This document shows positions 47,165 to 59,730 of a stretch of 64,000 nucleotides of DNA, piece by piece (within the stretch, counting starts at the first letter, position 1; every line of letters begins with the position of its first letter). Both the position numbers and the translations under genes were made by a program. The DNA comes from Mobula hypostoma (taxonomy: Eukaryota). Below the pieces are notes generated by a model. The model saw only the letters and a list, made by a program, of their open reading frames with translations. It was not told where the DNA came from and searched no databases. The stretch is from NCBI RefSeq assembly GCF_963921235.1, contig NC_086118.1, forward strand, positions 15,750,001 through 15,814,000, read 5' to 3'.

Positions 47165-49750
47165 TTTTCTTCATTCCAAGAAATTATCAACAGAAATGCT
47201 TCAAGTTAATTTTAGAAGGATGCAGAACCAGGACCACAGATCCATCTCTAGGTGACTTCACAAAGAAACCAGTGACCAATCACAAACATGCCATGGGAGA
47301 GGTGGAGGAGTGGTGTGACCTCGTGACCAAGTTCCGCTGTGCAATCTGAGCATGAGCAGACTTTTTTTAAAAAAAGAACATCAATGTCAATATTTCAGGA
47401 TCTTGAGGAAGATCCATGCTTGAATTATAGCACTGACAATCAGATCGTGATAAAATATATATTCTTCACAGTATAAATTTAAAAAAATTCATATCAGGTA
47501 CAATACAGGTTAAATAACAAAAGTAAAAATCCTTATACTGTATATATTTCACATTTAAAAAACAACCAAGTCAGGTAATTGACTACTTAAATAAATGAAA
47601 AAAGCTGTTGTTGCATTGTACTAATAATTATTTCTAGGCCTGTTACAACAATGATGTTCTTGCAAGTATTTATTGAAGTCGGCCCTTTTCTTTCCAAATA
47701 TTCCTTTTAATTTAACCCCTACACTTTCTATATTCTTGTGTTTTCTTTTGTAATGGACTCTCACATTAATTCATGTACATCTCAGCATCACATTCTAGCA
47801 AGTGATCACCAATAGACATCAAAAGTTGAGTCCGAATATTTATACTGTCCTGCTCCCCATCATTCTTGGAGCTCTTACCTGTGGAAATTTCATTACTAAT
47901 GGGGTTCTCAGTGGATTGTACAACCTTTCCAACTATTATTGAAGCTCTCTTTAATTTGCTTTCCATGCTGATTGTCTTTGATCCACTTGATTCGGTCTGT
48001 TAGTTAAGCCAGATTTTCAGTTTCTATTTGGTATGGTGACAATTGAATTTTTATTTCTCCGCTTTACTCAGATTTTCTTCTTTCCTAGAAGCTATCAACA
48101 GAAATACTTCAAAATGATACGTAACTAAGGGCATGGAGCCATCTCTAGCTGACATCATAAAGGAACCAGTGGCCAATCAAAAGCACAACCTCAAGGTCAC
48201 ATGGCCAAGCTCTGCACTTGCTGTGCAATCTTACAGCATGAACAGACTGTACAAAAATAATGTGCATCAGAGTCAAGATTTCAGGTTCTTGGTTCTTGCT
48301 CCTCCAAAATATTCCGCATGGAATTTAAACTGGAGGTGGTGGAGGGTCGGCTTAAGAAGGAGGTTTTTGAAGAAAAGCTGCCTTAAATCTAATTGGATTT
48401 GGTTGTGTGACTGGGGTAGGATGAAGAATAGTCCATGCTTTAATTGTGTGGGGGAAAAATGAATTGTTGTACACATCTGACTTAGTAGTTCGTCTTTCAA
48501 ATTGAGCTGAGTGCCCTCGTCTGCTCCTAATATTTTTTGGTTTGATGTGGGATTGGTAGTCTATGTCGAGCTGACCATTTAACATTTTGTAAAAAGAGGT
48601 CAGGCAGTGTGCTTCACGTCTATCTTGGAGAGAGTTCTACTTTAATGAATTTAAAAGTTGAGTAACACTCGCTTCTCTCTCATAGGTATTTGTGACAAAT
48701 CCGGCTGCCTGTCTTTGGACTCGCTCGATGGAAGTAGTGTTTTTGTTTGTGTATGGGTTCTATGCAGCAACTGCATATTCCAAATGTGGCCTAACAATGG
48801 TGAAGTACAACTTCCCCTTAACTGAAGCTGAACAATGATGAAAATTCTGTCTCAAAAAATTTAGGACTCCTGTTGCATGATGCATCTGACTATTCCAGCG
48901 TAGATCATTCTGGATTTTGATACAAAGATACTTGATATGTTTGGTTTCTTCAAGGGTGACACCTACAATTTTATATGATGTTTTACCTGGTTTTCTCTTC
49001 CTGGTGACACACATGGTTTCACATTTGGAAGGACTGAATTGCATGCTCCATTGTTGACACCACTCAACTATACTATCAAGATCTTTTTGGAAAGCATCTT
49101 TATCATCAGTTGACTTAACTGGCCGGTATATCAAACAATCATCAGCAAAAAGTCTGGTGGTGCTTGTGACCTTTTGCTTTTCATGCTGATCGTCTTTGTT
49201 CCACTTGATTTATTCTGTCAGCTCAGCCAACTTTTCAGTTCCTATATAGGTGACAATTAAATTTTTATTTCTCTAGTTTACTTAGATTTCTCTCTTTTCA
49301 CAAAGTCTATCAAAGGAAATACTTCAAATTGATTCAAAATGGTAACTAGGTGCATGGAGCCGTCTGTAGCTGACATCACAAAGGAACCAGTGGCCAGTCA
49401 ATAGCACATCCTTAAAGTGAGCAGCTGGCCTCATGGCCAGGCTCTGCACATGCTGTGCAATCTTGATGAACATGAACAGACTGTATAAAAATAAAGGGCA
49501 TCAGAGTCAAGATCTCAGGATCTTGTCAAAAATCGATGTTTAAATTGTTAGAACAATAATTAGAGTGGCCGTTATAAACAATATTGGCTGGTATATCCTC
49601 TTCACAGTCTGAATAAACCTATACCATGCTGTATACACAAAGAAAAATTCCTTCCGTATTTCACATTAATAAAACAATGTCAGGTAATACACAGTCTAAA
49701 TACAGAGTTGCACTGCACTAACAAATGCATTCAAACCTACCACAGCACTG
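47165..49750. repeat. Three diverged direct copies of a 330-570-bp promoter-like unit
   Basis: Copies about 47165-47640, 47960-48295 and 49178-49750 share tatcaa..gaaat.cttcaa, tgac.tca.aaag.aaccagtg.cca.tca, gctgtgcaatct and tcagg.tcttg. Confidence 0.85.
48283..49175 (-). mobile_element. Divergent CR1/L2-group LINE 3' part
   Basis: VTSTTRLFADDCLIYRPV..FQKDLDSIVEWCQQWSMQF..VRPHLEYAVAA..NSFFPHTIKAW; caagaac-type tail. Confidence 0.88.
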
Positions 49751-49799
49751 ATTATAGAATAAAGATTTCAGAGGATCAGAGAGCACAAACTATGGTCAA

Positions 49800-50300
49800 T
49801 GAGCCAGGGTCTTTAGCGCATTTTGGCTTGAGATATCAATAAGGAGTTCTCATGAAAAGGAGGCTCTGATATTCCACTGATCACAAGAGTCATGGAGTTT
49901 ACTGTAAGTAGGCTTTTCCTCTGCTATTGGCATCGAAGATTCCAGCGATAATGGGGAGAATATCTCATCTGACATGGAGAATAGGATTATAAGGGAGAGG
50001 ATCAGTAGGGTTAGGTGAGGTATCAGGGAGAGGAATACCAGAGATTTTGTTGGGAAGATGGATGAGAGCAGTTTGGAAAATGATTGGAAGAAGATACTCA
50101 AGCAGATGAAAATGGGGAGATGATGAAGTGGGGCATCAATAAGGTAATGAAGGGGTCAGATAAATTGAAGACAAGGTCAACAGAATGACAGAGGTGTTCT
50201 GGAATGTGGGAACTGAGAGTAAATGTCGGGTAGGTAGGCAAAGGGGCAACTGTGATGATGGAAAGTTAAAAATGGAGGAGACAAACTCCTCATTCCAGGC
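49800..50300 (-). mobile_element. Old L2-like LINE fragment
   Basis: Purine-rich on +; minus ORF FQSFSKLLSSIFP resembles the L2 linker; weak. Confidence 0.4.
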
Positions 50301-50304
50301 AGTC

Positions 50305-51462
50305 CATTCTATCTATGCCCCTCATAATCTTGTGAATCTCTATCAGATCTCCCCTCGACCTCCGACGCTCCGGAGAGAACAACTTGTTTCTACAGCCTCT
50401 GGTGATAGCACATGCCCTCTAAACCAAGCAGCAACCTGGAAAAACCTCTTCTTCACCCTTTCCAAAGCCTCAACATCCTTTCTATAGTGGGGCAACCAGA
50501 ACTATATGCAATACTCCAGATGTGGCCTAACCAGAGTTTTATAAAGTTGCAATATAACCTCCTGACTTTTTAACTGAATGCCTCAAGTAATAAAAACAAG
50601 CATTCCATAAGCCTTCTTAACCACCTTATTGACCTGTGTAGTCACTTTCAAGGAGCTATGAACTTGGATCCCGAGATCTCTCTGCTCAGCAACACAGTTA
50701 AGGACCTTGCGCTTAACAGTGTACTGTCTCCTCGCATTTGCCTTACCCGAGGTGCAACACCTCACATGTATCTGGGTTAATCTCCATCTACCATTTCTCA
50801 GCCCATATCTGCAACTGATCTATATTGTGCTGTATTCTTTGCCAGCCTACTACACTATCGACAACTCCACCAATCTTGGTATCACCCACAAACGTACCAA
50901 CCTGCCCATCTACACTTTCATCCAGGTCATATATATACGTTTAAAAAAGCAGAGGTCCCAGCACAGTTCCCTGTGGAACTACACTAATTTCAGACCTCCA
51001 GCTGGAATAAGTCCCTTCAACCACTACCCTCTGTCTTCTATGTGCAAGCCAGTTCTGAATTCAAACAGCCAATTTGCCACGGACTCCATGCATCTTAATC
51101 TTCTGGATTAGCCCCCATGAGGGAGTTGTCAGACGCTTTACTAAAATCCATGTAAACAACAGCCACTGCCCTACCCTCATCAATCTCTCGTCACCTTGTT
51201 AAGAAATACAAACAAGTTGGTAAGGCATGACCTGCCTCACACAAAGTCATGTTGGCTCTCCCTAATTAGATCATGGGTTTCATATATCCTATCCCAAAGA
51301 ATTTTCTCCACCAATTTCCCTACAACTGATGTGAGACTCGCCAGCCTATAATTCCCAGGATTTTCCTTTGTTCCCTTGTTAAATAGAGATGCAACGTTAG
51401 TCACTTGACAGTTCCCCAGGGTCTCGTCTGTCGCTAGAGAGGACACAAAGATACTGGTCATA
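50305..51462 (-). mobile_element. CR1 ORF2 RT fragment
   Basis: NPGNYRLASLTSVVGKLVEKI..ESQHDFV; EQRDLGIQVHSSLKV..KKAYGMLVFI. Confidence 0.9.
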
Positions 51463-51464
51463 TT

Positions 51465-52757
51465 GCCTGTCTATCGATTGTTTTCACATTGTTCATCTTA
51501 AGCCTGTTTTATTCTCATCATTATCAGATTTTTCATCAACAGCATGCAGATTAGTGCTCTTTTTGAAACTGCAACTTGACTTTTTAATCTTTTTCTCTTC
51601 CCTGTACAGTCTATATATTTTTGTCTGCTCAACATGTTCTTGCTATGTACCCAATTTTGTTGCATTTTCTGCAAGTTTTGCCTTTAAACTGGCATTGGTC
51701 TGGCATGTGTAAGCTCTTGACACAATGGTAACACATTTTGTTCGGCCAGGCTGGTTTCTGATTAGGCATTACAATTTTGTTTATGCTCACTTCATTCCTG
51801 AATGCAACTCAATTGCATCTCTGTCTGCAGTTTCTATCGATACACCAATTTCAACTGCTTCTTTACACGAGATATGCTTCAGTTAGGAACCATTTTTAAA
51901 TGCTTTCTTAAAAGATTTCACAACTAAACAATTTCTCTGTGCATCATTTCTGAACTGACAATGCTCAGACAATCTCTTCAATTCAACCACATACGCCGAA
52001 ATGTTCCCCACTTCCTTCTGATTCTACTTATGAAACCTAAAGTGTTTTGCTATCAGCAATGATTTCCATTCTAAATTTTCCTGCATTACTTTCACAATAT
52101 TAGCAAAGGTAATTTTGTCTGGTTTGGTTGGAGCAGTTACATTTCTAAGTAAATGGCAAATGCTAGATGGAATGCTGGCTTTTGTACCTAATGCGCTCAG
52201 CAAGACTGACAGTTGTTTTTCATTGGCTATTTCATTTGAGTTCAATTCACGCAGTGTACAATATCCAGTTAGCTTTTGTGCAATTGAACGCATCCACCTT
52301 TCTGATGTAACCAGCTATTTCTGTTTTTTAAAATTTATTATTATTACACAGTGCTCACTGTTTATGAACCCATTTCACCCACTTTCTGCCATTTTTATAA
52401 TATAACTGTCTCTGTTCCTTCCCAAAGAAGCAGGTGCTTTTTTTTAAGCTTGGAAGTTTCGCTGTGCATCCACATATGGGTAGTCATCTTGGGTTTATTT
52501 AAAACTTCCCCAATGCCATTATTATGTCTTGTAACTCCAAGAGTGAATTGAAAGAAAAACATGGGAAAACTGGGGATAAATGTGTCCTCTTTGTTTTTAC
52601 TTTTAGTGAGGCACGTACATATGACATGGTAGCATAATGATGTATGGCACTCCTGTAGTTTTACATATAACCCATAATTAATTAAACAACAAAATGCTTA
52701 ATCAAATGATATATTTACAGTACTACCAAAATACGACTTAAGTATTAAATACGCAAT
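51465..52757 (-). mobile_element. Gypsy (Mag-like) 5' LTR plus gag remnant
   Basis: ORF 52024-52293: SVLLSALG..LRNVTAPTKP..LIAKHFRFHK; tandem zinc-knuckle remnants (CRKCNKIGYIARTC) near 51640-51735; LTR-like 52520-52757. Confidence 0.8.
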
Positions 52758-52799
52758 AGAAACCAACTACAATATTCCATTTACATGTGAACAATTAAC

Positions 52800-55700
52800 C
52801 GCGGTTTTGAGCTCTTACCCTAATAATACTTCTCAGTTTGATAAAATTAATTTAAAAATCCAGACAAAATTTAGCAACAAAGTTTACTAAGATCCAGAAA
52901 ATGGCTGAGGAAAAGGAAAATCCTAGAATGTGTGATTTGAAGGTAAGACCACATGGTTAGTTTGATCGAATGTGGGAGTGATTGAGCTAATGGAATGAGT
53001 AAAGTCTTTAACTAATTGAAAGACACATGTAACTGGTTATGTACTACAAAAAACAGCATGACAGAGACAACAACAAATCTAAAAGGCATATCTTTGCATA
53101 AGAATGAACAAGGGAAAAAATAACACTAATTCAAGTCATACACACAAAATGCTGCAGGAACTTGTGTTTACGTGTATTGCTCTGCATTTCCAGCATCTGC
53201 AGGATCTCTTATGTTTTTAATTCAATCAAAGTACATTGTTTGGGGCTGAGAAACAAGACTGAAACATAGAAAAAACACAACTGCGACTTCGAGTGGGTGG
53301 TCCAACAAGTAACACTATTGCTGGTGCTCTGCTCAGGAAAGTACCTACTTCTGAAGCTTCATTTGAGGAATTGCAACTCACATTTGACAGTATCTAGGGA
53401 CAATGACACCATCTGAACTCCGAGGAATTACTGGCTGGATATGATATGGACTCTACAGTGGCCTCTAGTGACACAAGTAAGGATGACACTGATGAAACAA
53501 TAAGGGTTTCAGCTATGTCGCAGCTTTCTCCAATAAGGACCAAGGGAGTGAAGACACACACAGTACTGAAGATGAAACCACTGCCAATACATTTACAAGC
53601 CTGGGAAAGATTCATCCACTATTGCTCAACTATTCAATAACCTGAAGGACAATACGTGCTCAGGCAACCCTAAAACTCTTAACGAAGAACAATTGGAAGT
53701 GTGTAAAGGTGACACTGTGTACTGCATCTACACTAAGAATCCCTGACACAGGTAAACCACTTACCCCGTATATTAACAAGAAACACATGATGGCAGTCTC
53801 AATTCAAGAATGTGGAGACCGACAGCGTCCTGTCAGTTATTACTCTGCCAAAGAACTGTTTCTGTGCACTGATGTCTCCTCAATAACTGAGAGGGGAACT
53901 CAAATGATGATACCTGAAACTGAAATGTTGGTACCAGGAAGTATGGCTCCTGTTACCTCTGTGCAACTGAAGTCTGTAAGTTGGCAGAAGGAAGATTAGT
54001 TTACAGTATATCTACATTGATTCTCGATATACTTTTTTTTAGTTGTTCATAATTTTGGAAACTTAAGGAAACAAAGAGAATTTCTTACTGTTGATGCACG
54101 AACTTATGGATGTCATAAAAATGCCATTAGAAGTTGTCATATTAAAATGTAAATGTTACTCCAAAGTGATTACAATGGAAAACCGTGGAAATACATCTGT
54201 GAATGAAGTTGCAAAAACGGCAGCATGAGAAGAAGTAAAAGACGTACCTGTATCAAGAACATATGCAGTGAACCTGACAAATGGAGTTATGGAAACAAAG
54301 CTGAATTCCGTATCATAGATGAACATATAAGATATTCGAGAGATGTAAGCTCAATGCTCACCACAGGAAAGATGATTTTGAATTGAGAATGATGGGAAGT
54401 TAAACGGTGATGGAGTATGGAGATATGACACAAATCATAAACTACACTGCTTCCTTAGCTGGCACAGCAAATATACTCTCTGGGACACAATGGAGTGCAA
54501 AAGACAATCAACAGATTCTCCCAAGGGTGGTGGAATCCGAAGTTCAGGGCACAAGCTCAACAAACATTTGAAAGACACATGACATGCCAGAACTAATCCT
54601 GAAGCAGTGGAAAAGCTAGCACAATTACATGTCCCTGCCCCACCTGGTCCACTTTTACATCTATAAGTGCATTTTATTACTTTACCAAAGTGTCAAGGAT
54701 ACTCAGACATACTGGTAATAGTGGACAAGTTTTCAAGATGGCTTGAAGCTATTCCAGCAAAGAAAGCCACCACCAAAAACTCTGATCAAGCCTATATTCC
54801 TAGATGAAGAATATCATTATCACATTGACTCTGACCAGGGAACACATTTCATTGGGAGTGTTTATCAGGAATTATGTTGACTGATAAACATTGAACGGTC
54901 TTTTCATTATTCACATCATCCAGTGTCATCAGGGAAAACCGAATTAATGAATGGAACCATCAAACAATGATTGACTAAGTATCATGAGGAAGGTGTACCA
55001 CGGCCTACGGCTCCTCCTAAGGTCTTACATAGCCTGAGAGCAACTCAAAACACGAAAACTAAACTTAAGTCCATTGGAGGTGGTAACGGCACATTCTATC
55101 TCACTGCTGGTAGCCCTCAATTTCAGAGAGGCTGATACACACATTAACTATTGTGTGAAATGAACCCAAGCTATATAGTCTGCTTCTCAAATAGTTTCTG
55201 CCACTTGGGGCGATCCAACAGAAGGAGGGTACATCCCGAGTCCTGGTGAATTGGTCCCGGTTAAGAAACCACATAATGAACCACAGGGAGCTAGATGGGA
55301 AGAACTTTTATCATTCAAGTGTTGTTAATTATCAAGTCGACAGTGAAAACAGAAGGTAGAAATAAGTGGACACACATCAGCCACCGCAACTGAGCTAATG
55401 TGGTATCCGATGAAGACAACAAGCACTGTGGTTAATGTGCTAGTAACCGCTTGGTCACAGTGACCATGCTGCTGGGCTACAGTGAGCAAATCACCAAACA
55501 GCCAGAAGATTTCAAGCAAGTTGACAACCACTGGACTCTATGAAGTTTATTCTAATATTATTAGTTACCATATATTTTACCAATTTTCCCTATTCATAAT
55601 GTGCTAGTTGAGATGACTCATAATGTATACATGCATTACCGATAATCAGAAATATTACAATTCAACAAAGCTCCAGTCAAGTAATGCAAAATGGTCTAAG

Positions 55701-56432
55701 TTTATGGAACAACACATACTTTATGTGCAGAAATGGAGCCTGGACTTCTCTTCCATGTAATTGGTTAGGATCTTGTTATATACCCTTTGATATTTCATAA
55801 CCTAAACAGTTTTTGATTATTTTATACAAAACATAGATACCACAACTATGTTAGCCTCTGAAACTTCAGCCGTAATGATTCTCAACGTGTGATTTAGAAT
55901 TGGGGGGAGGAGGGGTAATTGTTGGACCTGACTGTTTAATTCTCGGATTAGACTATTCAGTTGTCAATTTCTTTGCAGCTTAACAACTAATTATCTACTT
56001 ATATTTTATATAATTAGTTTTATAGGAATAACTGCTTATTATGATTCCTAGTATGTACGCATATAAGAATGTACTATGCTTCTAGTGGCTATACAAAGCA
56101 TAATTCTGGAAGCTTCTTCGTTCTGCATTAAGTAAGTAAGTGTTTCCTCATTGTTAATTTTTACTGCAGTATTGAATAAGTACTTTCTAATTGGTTAATT
56201 ACTATCCATACATTTGAATAGAATTTTTCTTAACTCTATGGATATATGGTGCTAGGCACCATCGTTGCTCCTTTGTCTCACTCTCTCTCTCTCTTCTAGT
56301 AGTCCTTATCACCGTTTGTTTCAATTTCCCTTTATTCTATCAACTTGTAATAAAATAATCATGAAACAACAATTTTAATGCCTCTTTTCTGACTTCTAAA
56401 AGAACCTAGGATTAAAACATCAAATTCCATCA
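52800..56432 (+). mobile_element. Endogenous retrovirus remnant (class I/epsilon-like): pol fragments, PPT and 3' LTR
   Basis: Tether QECGDRQRPVSYYS; RNase H; integrase WWNP, FITLPKCQGYSDILVIVDKFSRWLEAIP, IDSDQGTHF, HHPVSSG; PPT 55901-55915; LTR TGTTGGA(55920)...TCCATCA(56432) with AATAAA. Confidence 0.85.
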
Positions 56433-56574
56433 AGTACTAGAAGGCATTGTAACCTTTTTTATATACAGTATATTTAAAGTTAATCCTTCAAATGCTGGTG
56501 CACATCACTGGGAGTTGCAGAGCTAGGCAGTCTGCTTATTTAAATGTATTTTTAAGAAGTGAATCAAGTCTCAC

Positions 56575-57310
56575 ATCTATAATGATGGGGCTTTGAGAGG
56601 TTGGTTATGGCCAGATCAACTGCCTCAGCAAGGACTTGGACTCACTGCAGTTTGGCTACCGCCACAGTAGGTCTACAGCAGAAACAATCTTATTGGCTCT
56701 CCAAGCGGTCTTGGATCACCTGGACAATACAAATACCTATGTCAGGATGCTGTATATTGACTGCAGCTCAGTGTTTAACACCATCATTCCTAAAGTTCTG
56801 ATTGAAAAGCTTCAGAACCTGGCCCTCTGTACCTCCCTCTGCAAACAGACACAGAAATTCCTAACCACAATATGTGCAGATTGGTAATAACATCTCCACC
56901 TCACTGACAATCAACATTGGAGCACTTCAGGGATGTTTGCTTAGCCCACCAGACTTTATCTTCAAGAAGCGGTGCCTCAAAAAGGTGGCGCCCATCATAA
57001 AGGACCCTCATCACTGAAGACATGCCTTTTCTCCCCGCTACCATCTGGAAGGAGGTACAGAAACCTGAAAACACACGCTCAATGATTCTGGAACAGCTTC
57101 TTCCCCTCTGCCACCTGGTTTCTGAATGGACATTGAACCCACGAACTCTACCTCACTACTTTTTGATCTATTTTTGCACTATTTATTTAAATATGTATAT
57201 TCATACTATATTTCACAGTTTTTTCTCCATTATTATGTATTGCAATGTACTGTTGCTGCAAAGACAACAAATTTCATGACATATTCCAATGATGTTAAAC
57301 CTGATTCTGA
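56575..57310 (+). mobile_element. Rex1/Babar LINE, internally deleted
   Basis: DSLQFGYRHSRST..YVRMLYIDCSSVFNTIIP; gattct tail. Confidence 0.88.
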
Positions 57311-57564
57311 AGTCCTCACCTTAAATCGCATGAAATCAGAGTATTAAAATACAGATTTGTTGCAAAGCATTCCATCACAGTTCTGTTTGTCATTTGAGAC
57401 AACCAAATTTTAGCCACATGTAATTAATTCATTATAGTAACAGCATTGCTTATTTTTGATTCTATGTAATTTTATGTGATAATGAAAATTAGATCTAGGT
57501 GATTAATTAAAATTTCCTGCTTATAGATGAATGAATACATGAATGACTGAATGAAGGAATGAAC

Positions 57565-58325
57565 CAGAGCAGTATTTCTACACTTAAGAAATATTGCAAA
57601 GGTACATCAGTTTCTGTCACATAATGATGCTGAATAACTAATACATGCCTTTATACTGAACAGACTAGATTACTGCAATGCATTTTTACTGGCCTTCAAA
57701 AGCAATCAATTGACAAACTTTAACTCATTCAGAACGCCGCAGCTGGGGCTGGGGACTTTTAACTAAAAGCAGAATGAAGAAGCATATCACCCCTGTCCTA
57801 GCTACTCTGCATTGGTTTCCTGCTTCTTTTAGAATTGATTTTAAAGTTCTCTTATTACTTATTTTTAAATCCCTTTATGGTCTGGGACTGGAGTACATCA
57901 CAGAATCACTTTAGTTTTATAATCCTGCTCGAGTTCTCAGTTCTTGTTCCACCAGTCTCTTAAATTTAAAGAATCTCTCTCAAGAGATAATCGGTAGGTC
58001 AGCTTTATTGAACTATGCGCTTAAATTGTGGAACTCAATACCTAAATCTATAAGGGATGTAGATTCAGTTGATACTTTTAAACCTCAGATCAAAACCTAT
58101 TTATTTAACCTGACGAAGGGTCTCGGCCTGAAACGTCGGCTGTACCTCTTCCTAGAGATGCTGCATGGCCTGTTGCATTCACTAGCAACTTTGATGTGTG
58201 TTGTTGTTTGTTATTTAACCTTGCTTTTTGCTTTTTTGATCCTTTTATCTTCATGCTTGCACTTCATCCCATTGTAAAGCACTTTGAACTACAATGAAAA
58301 TGACCTATAATTAAGTTATTGATAT
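57565..58325 (+). mobile_element. L2 LINE 3' end
   Basis: LRNIAKV..LIHAFILNRLDYCNA..IQNAAA..HITPVLATLHWFP..RIDFKVLLL; tgtaaagcactttga tail. Confidence 0.9.
58110..58210 (+). mobile_element. 100-bp Penelope terminal fragment (hammerhead motif) with 11-bp TSD
   Basis: ttatttaacct at 58101-58111 and 58211-58221 flanks CTGACGA..GAAACGTC..gatgtgtgttg. Confidence 0.85.
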
Positions 58326-58574
58326 TATTATTTACACGTGAATGAATAGTTAAGTATAGGAATGAATGCATGATAGCAAGAATAAATACTGTAAATGATA
58401 TGAACGAGTGAAGGCACAAATGAATGAATCTATGATTGAACAGATGGTTATATATGTAGCTGAATTTATGAATGAATGCCCAATCCATTTGACTGATGAC
58501 ATTTTCAGCACCATTACACAGAGTTAGACCCCTTGGTCTTAAATCTTTATCTGAGTAAACTAATGACTGAAAGA

Positions 58575-59152
58575 CTTATATTGCTATTTCACCTGTTATA
58601 AACTGGGGGACTGCTTCATCAAGCATTTCCACACCATCCTCTACAAATGTTTTAATTTTTATTCCCAAACCTGTTCTGATGTGTCGATCCATCGCCTCCT
58701 CCTGTGTCGAGCTGAGACCACCCTCAGAGTGGAAGAGCAACACCTTATATTCCGTCTGGGTAGCCTCCAACCTGATGGCATAAATATCAACTTCTCCATC
58801 TGGTAAATGAATCTCACCCCCTCCCATTTCCTTCCATTGCCCATTCTGACCCTTTATTTCTTCTCAGCTATTACTTCTCCAGGTCCCTTTCCTCTTTCCC
58901 TTTCTCCTCTGGTCTACTCTGCTAACCTATCAGATTCCTTCTTCTCCAGCCATGGACCTTTCCCATCCACCTGGCTTCACCTGTCACTTTCTAGCTAGCC
59001 TCCTTCCCCTCCCCCCCCCACCTTTTTATTCAGGCATCTTCCCCCTTCCTTCTCAAACCTGAAGAGTGATTCGTCTGGAAACGTGGACTGTCTGTTCATT
59101 TCCATAGCTGCTACCTGACCTGCTGAGTTCCTCCAGCATTAGTGTGTGTTGT
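58575..59152 (+). mobile_element. Penelope-like element 3' part, older
   Basis: LRVEEQHLIFRLGSLQPDGININFS; degenerate hammerhead ctgaaga..gaaacgtg near 59059-59085. Confidence 0.85.
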
Positions 59153-59730
59153 TATTTCATGAATTGATTCCGTGGTAACTCCACAAGGTTGTCTATTTGC
59201 ATTTGTTCAACTAATTACTATCTAAAAATACAATTCCCTGTCCTCTGTTGTTAACATTCTACGCAAACTGTGTGAACTCTAGTAAGAGGAGTCATAGATT
59301 AGAAATTCCTCAGCATTTAGAAAAGTGTTTTAAATGGGTCTGGTGCATCATGCCAAGTAATGCTTTCTTCAAGAGAAATCTGGCGCAAATTTCTATTGTA
59401 CATTAGGCAAAGAAGGAATTAATTAATTCATCTTTGTCAGATCAACAAAGGAAACCAGACCTGTCACATGTCCCTGTTTCAAGTAGCAGGAGTGGGTGGA
59501 GAGAAAAGAAGCCTAATTACAGTGGGGATGAGAGGTTCAATCAGGAGATGACAGATTGTTATCACCCGGAGACCCTTGTAATCGTAATTGTTGAGGTTAG
59601 GAACACATTCAGGAGCAGGATAAGAGCCTAATGAAGAGCCACGCTAAGGATCCTCACCAGAAGCTGTTCCTGCATTCTGCTCAGGCAGAATAGGTTTCAC
59701 CTAGGCAGCTTTGCATTCTCACATATGGCC

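Noticed and set aside
45520..49175. Inversion splitting one LINE (RT piece ending GTALG on +, next piece RLFADD on -)
   Set aside because: The older CR1 pieces at 45380-45520 and 46740-47050 are colinear on the same strand across the supposed breakpoint, and the three repeat copies are direct; independent insertions plus a deletion fit better
57525..58480. (TGAA)n-like tracts flanking the L2
   Set aside because: Degenerate microsatellite; nothing beyond a likely insertion target
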